Shown in pieces: positions 25,594-35,561 of a DNA stretch of 50,331 nucleotides. The position numbers were made by a program, and so were the translations under genes. This stretch comes from Coniocarpon cinnabarinum (Eukaryota), in the NCBI GenBank assembly GCA_051942205.1, contig JAVECO010000169.1, positions 1 through 50,331 on the forward strand. Direction: 5' to 3'. The notes under the pieces were generated by a model, which was given only the letters and a program-made list of their open reading frames with translations, searched no databases and was not told where the DNA came from. Each line of letters starts with the position of its first letter. Position 1 is the stretch's first letter.

Positions 25594-25880
25594 TCAGGGT
25601 TGCATGAAGATGTACTGTTTATACCCCATCTTGAGGCGCAACTTGACATCCCAGGGGATTTTGAGCGTGTTCGTCTTTTGAATGTCGCCCGTGCGCGAGA
25701 CGACGCGGATTGGAATGCCGCCCATGCCTAGCTTCAATTCACGCCACTGGGCTTGCGGATCTTCCCTGGCGTGAGCAATGATGATTCATGACGAGAATCG
25801 CCAACAAATTTTGACTTACGGATGAAATCGGAGTGCAGACGCATGACCTTATTAGTGCCGATACAATACACGAGAGGCAT
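25594..25880 (-). CDS. Putative spliced microprotein, 75 aa. Exons 25880-25820, 25760-25594
   Basis: CT/CA-rich leader, caagATG, GTAAGT donor, GCTCAC branch, 59-nt intron. Product MPLVYCIGTNKVMRLHSDFIHPQAQWRELKLGMGGIPIRVVSRTGDIQKTNTLKIPWDVKLRLKMGYKQYIFMQP. Confidence 0.55.
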
Positions 25881-26582
25881 CTTGCGTTTGTTTGAGCTTT
25901 GTGGGGAATTTTTACGTAGCGAAGCCGATGATGATGCGACTCGTGAGATTGTGTGTTGGTTGAACGATTGACTGGTTTAGTGATGACGCGTAGACAAGGA
26001 AGTGACTGTAGTGACTGTGCAGACGGTCGGGAAACGAACGGAGAGGGTGAAATGAAAGTGGGTGAGGTAAGTGGGAAGAGAAGGGAAGGGTTGAGGAGGG
26101 AAAGAAGAAAAAAGATGGCAGGTAATAAGTTGTCATGTGAACGCCAGAGCCGCGTAGGCGCGGTAAACCGACGTCAACACTGACCGAATTGGACAGGTCC
26201 AGCCGAGCGGTGATGAACTGTGGCCGATAATGATGGCTATTGTTGCCTAGGCGGCGTCTTGCTGCCCGGATACCGGTCATCTGATATCGAAACTACTCCT
26301 CTCATTTCCCCCTTTCCCAAATGCCCGGCCTCCAACGAGGCCCATCGGACTGCCTCGCGGTCTAGCAGCCACGGCGGGCTGCGGTGTCGACAGCATCGGG
26401 CGGCATCCATAGCAACAGTCGCGGCCGGCATCCGCGTCGAAGATTGCGGGGCGTGCGGGTATTTCACGCTTTCACCTCTGCCTTGGAGCCCACTGACTCG
26501 GGGCTATCCGGATTTTAGTGGGGTGTTTGGGTGTCCTTGTTTGATAAACACATTAGGAGGAGTTGTGATATCTTGCATTGGA

Positions 26583-29500
26583 TCATACGTCAAGTCTTTG
26601 TTCGAAATGAAGCGTGCCATCCTTCTTTACTATGCCATCAATCGCTCCCATAGAAGTTGAGAGCCTCTCGTTGAACGTCTTCGTTGCGTCTGAGACCAAC
26701 ACCAGCCCTGCCTCTTTGATTGCCTCAACAAGTGCAGGGACACTTCGGAGGATGTTTGCAGGACAAGTGATTCCCATAAAGTTATTTGTGGTCGCAATTC
26801 GTACCGCTTCCTTAATCGAGATGTCTGCAGGTTCAGTTGTATCATCCTTGGCGGTTGGCGCTTCATTCTGACCAAGATTATTGCAGAGTAGGACCGGGTC
26901 TAATAGAATTATCAGCTTCCCTGATTGCAGACGCGACTTGAAACATGATTCAGCCACTCACAATTCGGTTGCTTCCAATTGAGAGCAATGCACAAATCAG
27001 TGTTCGACGACGACAAAACAACCGATCGATTTTTCGGAGCACCTACATCACGCAAGGCCTTCGTATGACGGAAGATCAGTCCCAAGACTGAATCTGCGAA
27101 GTCGTTAATACTCGGCAGCTGCCCAAGATGCAGTTGACCTTCTTCACGCTCGTCCGGATATTGGACATGCAGCTCGACGTTGACATTAACATCAAGACGA
27201 TTCAGCACGTCCTCCACCTTCGCTCGACACTGAAAGAGTGCGTCATGCAGGGCAGACAAGGAAGGCTTGCCGCAGCACAGGTCATCAGTCAAGAACGGGT
27301 GCGTTTCCAAGGCACCAAAGATGGAAGCTGTGAATTGCGATACTGGCAGCGTTAGCCCGGCGTGACTGAAAACAAAACTTGGCCAGACCACGGGGACATT
27401 GTCTCGACTCGGTTGTATCACGATCCGCACATAATCCCCGGACAAACTCGATCCTGTTACGAAAGAGCTTGGCTTGTCCTCTAATTGGCTTGTCGCTTTC
27501 CAATACGTGGCAAACGGAGTCATGTCTCGAGGAAGATTCACAAAGGGTTCAATGATCTGGAACTTGAAGCTCATCTGGCCCACGGCGCGAAGCCGCGGGT
27601 CAAAGATTGAAAGATGGTGATATCCGGCGCTGGCACGCGGTACGATGAAGACGTCGGACGGAACAGAGCCCCTGGCGATGACCTTTTTGCCAAACGTGGG
27701 ATAGATATCAAACTCCAGAGCAAAGTCGGCCACATTGTCCGTCTCGAACGAGATGCACCGAGAGTCCTCTTGGATCGGAAGCAAGAGATTCCGTGGAAGT
27801 ATGTCGTGTGGCTTGGGAGTAATGGTAAGTCGTGCTGCCGGGTATTTGCTTTCATCGTAGAATGTCACTGCATCGCAATTGTTCTCCTTGAAAGTGATGA
27901 CTATGTTCGATCTATTGTCAAGAAAGTTATGCCCGTAACGCCTTGTAGGAATGATTGGTGGTGGTAAAGAGAGGTCTGGTATCTGCTCAGCACCACCCAT
28001 TCTAACTGGTGGCTGCAGCGTAACTCGAGAAGTCGCGCCCGATGAGAGTACCTCTGGACCTCTTCTCGCATGCATGCTTGACGCGAGAAGATTCATGCAT
28101 TCAAGGTGCCCCTCCCAGGTCGCATAGTACAGTGCTGACTGCCCCTTCTCATCTTTGATGTCAGGGTCAACACCACAGTCAAGCAGCGTTCGAAGACATT
28201 GAACATGTCCCTCGCTTGAAGCATGAAACAGAGGCGTCCAACCGTATAGCTTATCCGGCTGGTTGAGATCGACGTGGTGCTCTCGCAGTAAGAGCAGCAG
28301 ACGGTGATCTATTCCAAAGCGCGAAACTAGATGCTGCGGAAACAGTCCCTCAGCATCTGGCAGAATCGCTGGACGCCGCATCAACAGAACCTCTACAACC
28401 TCCAAGGACCCATGTTGGCAGGCCAAGTTGAGAGGAATGTGACCCGCGTCATCGATTCTATTGACTTGGGCGTTTAAGCTCAGCATTGCTCGGATGCTCT
28501 GCAGGCGGCTGTGCACTATGGCATGAATCAGAGCTGTGAAATTGTCAAGATCTGGAAAGTCGATTGTAGAGGGATCTGCATGGACAAGATCATGGATCGC
28601 CTCCACATGGCCATTCATCGAAGCATAATGCAGCGGTATTCGACCGTAAGCATCTCTAATCGTTGGATCGACGCCAGCTGCAAGTGCGACTCTCAAGTAA
28701 TTTCGGCGACCAGTCATCGCCGCTTTATGAAGCATGTTTCGTTCGTTGATCTCGTCTTGATATTGAAGATTGACCAAATCTGTCGTCAGAAGAATATCCA
28801 AGCCTACATCTGGCGCTTCCGAGATTGCAGTGACAAAGGCCTTAGTGATACGCTCAGCAGGTGCCGTAGATGCATCCAAGCGTTGAAGTAGGGACCTGAC
28901 AGAGGTCTCATCGCCACGGTACAGGCACTCAAGCAGATCTGTGTCAAGCTCTGTCTGCTCTAAGCGAGGGGTTGCAACGTTAGATCCGGTAAAAGGCTCA
29001 GAGAGGTGTAGGGTATCATCTCCTTCAGCCCACGCTGCACACTCAAGTAAACATTCCGCGGCTTTGTCGGAGAGCTCGCTTATGACATCTCGATTGAAGA
29101 CAGGTTGCTTTTCAACCGCTCGAGATAGGTATTGCTCTTTGGTTTGTGACTACAACAGCTATTAATCATTCTCAACTCAAAATTGCAAGATCCGCATGCC
29201 AACCTTGGAGGTTTTGTCCCACTAGACTGTCAATGAGCTTATGTCAGGCGTCCTCAGGCTATGGCACGCACCTTTTTCAAAATCTTCGAGAAAGCAGTTG
29301 CGTTTATCTCAATGAATTGCTGGGGCATTGCATTAGCTTTGTTCATGCAAAGCCATAGGAGATGCTCACTTGAAGCTTACTGAGATCCTTTATATAGTCT
29401 CGAAAGCCTTGGTCAAGGGTCAGATATTGTGAAGAATGGCGAGACATCACAGGATGCCTCGAGCGCATCGACCGCTGCTTGTCAGTGAGTATTCGTAGTC

Positions 29501-30018
29501 GTACTCGAGACTGCAGCCTTTTAGCATGACCATGCATAAGCAGACAACATGCACAAAGCAAGCACACCTCTTCCTCTTTGATTTTGTAGAAGTCATCGAC
29601 CTTGCCCAATTCACGGTCCTGCGTTGCAGCTGTCAGATCTAATGCAAACCTTTCGACCCGACACCTTACCAAACGGAAGAAGAAGGATCCCCTGTTGGCT
29701 TGGAGTGCCATTTGGGGATCTTGTCCCGAGCCATCATTGCTACCTAGCTGAGGTCTAGGAACCGGAGAGTTCTTCAGCTCCTTGATTAACTACGAGACAT
29801 ACAGTAAGCAGGGTGCAGTTTCTCAGGTCATTATTGCCACGCACTTTCTTAAGCGCCTTGTAGTCGACAAAATGCGCTGCATATTCTGGTATTTCCAGCT
29901 GCTTCTTTTGAATGTGTTTGCCGAACTTCCTGCGATCCGCAAGGGTTAGGAATAGTGGGCAGAACTTCAAGGTCACGTATCTATCATTGCAAAGTTTTTA
30001 AGCGAACAGCACTCACAT
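26583..30018 (-). CDS. PHO81: Pho81/NUC-2 CDK inhibitor (SPX - ankyrin repeats - GDPD-like domain), 8 exons
   Basis: MKFGKHIQ…FVDYKALKKLIK, FIEINATAFSKILKK-WDKTSK, ankyrin repeats (GRIPLHYA, GWTPLFHA), LSLPPPIIPTRRYGHNFLD, LNWKQPNYPV. Confidence 0.93.
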
Positions 30019-30155
30019 GGTCCCACGTCACGCTCAAGACGCAACTGGGTGTGCATCGACTTGCTCGAAGTGGATTCTCAAATCACTTTTTTGAGAAGTG
30101 GACAAGGTTTAGGCTTGGGCAAGGGGAGAAACATGGTTCGGAGATTGGAGCGAAC

Positions 30156-30545
30156 AACGTGCATGGAGGCGACCGTGTCTGTCAGCCGCAGGCATACACG
30201 AGTATGAAGGCGAAAGGTAAGTACGGCAGCACGAGGCAGTAGGTTCAAGTCAGTGCTGGGTGATATGACGGCAGTCAGCGGCGTGCAATGGGTGGGTGCC
30301 TGGGTCAGCGTGAAGATGAGGTCAGGTGCAACATTGAGTGAAAAGGGGCACGCGCTAGGGGCGGACAAAGACGGGACTCGCCTCGGAACAAATCATATTG
30401 TGAGCAAGAAACACGTGCCGCGCGTGGACATTACCAGGGACGGTGCTGTGTGATCGTTCCCCCGGAGTCGAAGGGAATAATCGAGGCGCATCCCTCCAAC
30501 GCAGAGACGACACTGGACACCGGATCAGCACGAGCTCAGCACGTG
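30156..30545. promoter_or_regulatory. Pho4/NUC-1-type E-boxes upstream of PHO81: CACGTT (30156-30161, minus), CACGTG (30412-30417), CACGTGGG (30540-30547)
   Basis: Motifs read directly, 140-530 bp upstream of the PHO81 ATG; PHO81/nuc-2 is a known PHO-regulon target. Confidence 0.55.
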
Positions 30546-30914
30546 GGGTATTTGTGTGTTGTTTCTGCGTCTAAGCAATCTCTATTTGGCCGGCAGGGAT
30601 CCCGCAGCGACATTCCATGCGCCTCCATGTCAAAGACGCAAAAGCGTGCCGCCCTCACTCCCAGACCCCTGACCAATGCTGCCCTGGACTGCACATTTTC
30701 GACACACCTGATAGCGCCTGCTCAATGGGTATCGTTACACTTCCGATCAAGTCGCTCCATTCGCCGAGGTCGACGATGATGACGAGCCGCGCTAGAAGCC
30801 GTATAAGGCCCATGCATCAAAGCTGGCCTCGTCACTTCCACTGTTGGACGCACCGAGCGCAATCTCGTCCTCGACCAGACTAGTATTCTTTTCATTGCGA
30901 AACTCCTCGTCCAG

Positions 30915-33900
30915 TCACAGCTCATCATCCTCGATCTCGGACGGCTTCATCAAGCCACCGACTTTCATGGCCTTTTGTCGCTCTTGTTCTTGTTGGTCCT
31001 TGGCCGCTTTCTCACGGTCCTCGGCAAAGAGATCGGTGTTGTCGGCAGAGTATTCTCTCATCGAGACGAGGAAGTCTCGCACGTCCGTCTTGAACTTGTT
31101 CAGATCCGCGTTGTAGTTGAAAAGACTGTCGACAAAATCCTTGACCTTCTGCTGGCTCAAATTCTTGAACGCATTGCTCAAAAGCGTTTGCGTGAAGTCT
31201 CGCAAAAAGTCTCGATTGGAAGTGCCTGGCTGTGCAGCATCGGCTTGGTAGATTGGGCCTTGGATCTTACCAGAGTCTACGAGCCAGAACATCTTCGCCA
31301 GGAGCGCAGTCTGGTACTTGAAGCCGGCTTTGTGGTCAGAATCGCAAAGCACGAAGAACACATCCTGAAGGATGTTGGTGTAGAAGGTTTGGAAGAAGGT
31401 GTTGGAAGTTCGCTGATCGACTTCAGCCATATTCGCAATGAGCTCACTGCACATGTTGAGACCTTGCGCTTCCACGTCACGGTTGTCGTGCTTGCTTGCC
31501 CACATGCAAGAGTCGATGACGAATTTAAACTGACGTGAATCGAGACGAAGCAATGCCGGGAAGCAGTAAAGGTTGATCGCCCGCAGTAAAGTGAAAAAGT
31601 GGACACGGTGCTCCGGATATTCAGAGAAGTCCTTATTGATCATGTCAAGCGTGCATTCGAACACGTTTTCCATGATCGCCATGATTTGGTCTTCCATCAG
31701 GTTCTGCGTTATGTCAGTCATTACACCTGTGGTCGGCTGGTTGGGGGAGACGCGCACAATGTAGCGGCTGCGCTTGGGGGTCCAACGTACGTGTAGTTTG
31801 GTGATGATTGTAGTCATGACATTAAGCACCTCCGCTTCGCGTGCATCTGGGACGTTGTTGCGATAATCACCAAGCACAGCTTCCAATAGACCAGGAACGA
31901 GGTTGGCTCGGATCATCTCGTTATCATCAGCACGCTCCACATAGGTGTTGATGAGTTTGAGTATTTCTTTCTTGATGGTGCGCAACCCACGAACTTTGGG
32001 CATTTTGGTTGCTACCGGCCCTTGCTGTTGCACTGCGGTGTCAATCAGCCCACTGGCGGCTCGGTACATGGTGAGCATGTCGAGGTAGATGCGGCCGATT
32101 TGTGGATAGAAGTAGCTGCCGATTGACGTGCACGCGGCCACATTGGTCTTCATGATGTTGCCAATAATCTTGATTGTCTCAGCGTTCTCAAGAAATTGAG
32201 GATCTTGCTGAGCGGACTGGATAATTTGACCCCATGCTTGATTAGGCGTCTCCATGAGGTCCGAGATAAGTCTCTCTTGCATGGCTTTTTGACCTTGTGC
32301 GTTGACCATGTTGCCACACGCTTCATAAAACGTGTGTATTTGCTGCGGTGATAGGTCGCAGGTGATCTTTCTAAGGTTGCGCACAATCTCGTCGATGAAT
32401 GGTTCCGTCTCCCCAGGCTGCAGTGCGACAAAATGGCGCTTGCATTTGCTCGCGATTTTGATGAACGTATCGCATGCCATGTCTTGAACACCTTCGTGCG
32501 TCTCATGCATAAATTCAAAAAGCTTGTTGACCACCGTCTTCAAGAACTTCCAGTGAGCCTTCAAGAATCGTGGGTACTGTCCCACAATGTACATGATGTT
32601 GGACGCAACCACAGCCTTGTTGTCTTTGCCGCGTTTCATCTCTGTCAGGCCGAGGAGATCTTTGATCACAGTGACTAGGAAGCGCTTCTCGGTTTCTTCG
32701 TTCATAGCGCCTGAGATGGATCCAATCGCCCAGCAGAGAGTGTTGCAGGCAGACCAGGACCACTCTGTGCCGTCGACTTGTTTCGACAGCTTCTCGGACA
32801 TGATGTTTTCTGTGTCGAAGACGTCCAAGTGAGTCAGGTAGACCAAGCATTCTCTGGTCGTCTTATAAAGTTGGATGGTATCGCTCTCCTTGACGAATTC
32901 TCGTACAATCTCCCCCTCGTCGTTCTCGACGACCAACACTTCCTCCGGCTTGACCATGTTCTCAATCATGACGTATCTCAAGCTATTGAGAACCTGATCA
33001 TACTTGTGCTTGCGCAGGTTGTAATTCTTGAGAGTATCTGGATTCGGAGCTCCTCCGTTCATGAGCCCACTGGTGCCCATGTGAAGCAGAGGCTGCAGAT
33101 CCGTGGCAGGAACAGTCTGCATCTCTTCGTAAAGTTCGCTGACAAGCTTGTTCCAGTACTCCAGACAGATTTTGAAGATCTCGCGGTCTTCAATCTTGGA
33201 GATGATGATTAGGTAAACGTGCCCGTGCAAGAGGAAGTCTTGGTTGGGGAGATTCTCAACGACATTGAGATGGGTAGAGAAGAAGGCGCAAAGAAACAAT
33301 GCGAGGTTCTGCACGAACTCTTGATCACGCGAATTGCTTCGACGGTAGAGTGTCTTCAGATCGCTAGAGGGTGGAATGATCTCGGCGATGGCCTGTAGGG
33401 CCTCAGTGTACATCTGAACGAGCTTTGCGTCATACTGAAATTGTGGTCCAATGGGCAGACCAGCAATTTCCGTCAAACACTTCAAAGCGATGTTGCGCGT
33501 CTCGGGAGGCTTGAGGAATTTTGAAATTATGATGTCGATGATGTCGGTCTCGAAGACGTAGCCCAAAGGGATCCAGTTGAGAAATCTCAACAAGGTCTCT
33601 AGTGTCGTGCGCAGCAGGCTAGCAGAATCAGCGGTACGAAGCACGCTCTGACAGAGCTTGAAAATTTCTGAGAACTGATTGCACATTGTATCCTTGAGAC
33701 TGCGGGTCTTCTGAGACGTCATTTGCTCCGCAGAATAATCGAACACCTCTTCTGACAGCAGCCGCAGGATCGCCATGTTGTTTTCGCAGATTGGCAAGCT
33801 TGAGTTGCTTGCAGCAACGATCTCCGGAATGAAGTCGGGCCAATTGGCAGGCCAATCCTGTTTCAGAATCGAGATGAGGACAAGATTAAGCTTGTTCAAC

Positions 33901-34436
33901 AGCGCACGCTGCTGTCGTAGCGATTCTTCCGAGGACGAGTTCTGTATGATGAAGTTGACAACGAAATTGCGAATACCTGCGAAGCATGTGTTAGCTGTTT
34001 AGGACCATTGCAACTTGAGTGGACGCGCGAACCATTTCTCTGGTCCTGTGGCAGGACTTTCCATCGTGTCATGATGAGAGCATCGAGCACCTGCAGTCCC
34101 AGATCTGCAATATATCAGTCAGCGATTGCAAACGACACCATGTCTTAACGACTCTTACACTTTGTCTGAGAATAGGACGACTCCTGCAAAATTTGGTCGA
34201 CTAGCATCCATGACTCCGGATTTTCTTTGAACTGTGCATGGTCAGTGAAATTCAATCGTCTCAACAGTCTTGCAACAAGCCATACCTGATTGAGGCTTGT
34301 CTCGGCTTGTTTTTGCTATGAAAACTGTCAGTTTCAATTTCACCTCACTGTCGCAGACCAATCTGCCTACAGCGTCTCCACGTCCTTCATAGAACGTGCG
34401 GACCGTTTGGTCAAGCTCGCCAACTGACGCCGTCAT
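30915..34436 (-). CDS. CRM1: Exportin-1 (Crm1/Xpo1); four short 5' introns plus an in-frame 87-nt intron at 31704-31790
   Basis: ELDQTVRTFYEGRG, LNKLNLVLISILKQDWP, EVLVVENDEGEIVRE, DLLGLTEMKRGKDNKAVVASNIMY, C-terminal GGLMKPSEIEDDEL. Confidence 0.97.
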
Positions 34437-35072
34437 CGTGGCGATGACACGCCAATGTAGGCGTCGTCGACTCTAGGCTCCTGCCACTGCTGTGGTCAAG
34501 TATCGATTTCACTCGAGTGGCGGGGTAAACCCGTGTGGCGGAGCGGTGTGAAATGCAGCAAACTGCCCTTCTCGGGCGCAAAACGATGGTAGAAAGCAAT
34601 GGCGCGTCGGGAAACCCGTCAGCGCGTCCGACAAAGAGACTGTGCTGCTAAAGCGCGAGGAATCGTCAAAGGCTGCTCTTCAACCTATGCGATTGAGGAA
34701 GCTCTGACAGGTTTGCAGACCAGGATCGGCTTTACTAAAACCAAATCAAGCCAAGCGTGCTCTCGTCGACAGGCAGACACCGGCAGGGTCATGCGATACT
34801 CACCTCTCGTAATGCAGCCTGTCAGTACCTTGATGCCTGTTCACAATTTCGCTATGGCAGAAAAGACTTTCATGCTTGGACAACGAGACTCGATTCATCT
34901 TTGAGCATCCAGTGTTAGCTTTGCTTTGTTGCAAAAAGCTCATCGTTGTGCGTTGCTGCAGCGGTGCCTGCTATCAATTTGTCCTCAACCCCAACGGTCA
35001 GAGCTCAAGGGGTCAGGCACAAAAGTGTTGGCTTTGCGCTTCCAAATTCTAGGGCACTGAACGAGCACAGCA

Positions 35073-35561
35073 ATGTCTCATGAGAATGTCCAGCGAGCTT
35101 CTCAACAAGCTCCTTCATCAGCTTCCGTGACTACCACATCCACGACAGCCTCCACCAATCCGGATGATGCCCAAGTCACGCTTCGACTACGCGGCGAGCG
35201 TGAGGCGGCACAACAAAGACCTCGTGAGCGCAGAATAAGATGGGCAGAAGATGTAGTCAACAACGAGGGCATGGGCAAAAGGTCGTCCAAAGTTTGCTGC
35301 ATATACCATAAGCCTCGAAACGTTGGAGAGTCGTCTTCAGAAGACTCAGACTCTTCATCGTCGGACAGTGACAGCAGTGGGGCTGATGATGGGGCTGCTA
35401 GACCGTCACAAAGAAAAGACAGGCAGATTGAACATAAGGATTGCGGACATGAGCATAATCATGGTGTCAAAAAGCAACCTCGCCAAAAACGGAAATCGAG
35501 CTCAAATGCCTATGAGAAGCAGCCACATCCGGCACTGGAGAAGCAGAAAAAGCCCGTCTAA
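35073..35561 (+). CDS. YPI1: Protein phosphatase 1 regulator Ypi1 / inhibitor-3
   Basis: RVxF-type RIRW, then [24 protein letters not shown], acidic Ser tract, NAYEKQP. Confidence 0.92.
   Translation: MSHENVQRASQQAPSSASVTTTSTTASTNPDDAQVTLRLRGEREAAQQRPRERRIRWAEDVVNNEGMGKRSSKVCCIYHKPRNVGESSSEDSDSSSSDSDSSGADDGAARPSQRKDRQIEHKDCGHEHNHGVKKQPRQKRKSSSNAYEKQPHPALEKQKKPV

Noticed and set aside
29943..29950. GGGTTAGG telomere-like or telomerase-template-like motif
   Set aside because: Single copy; it is the CCTAAC branch site of PHO81 intron 1 on the minus strand.
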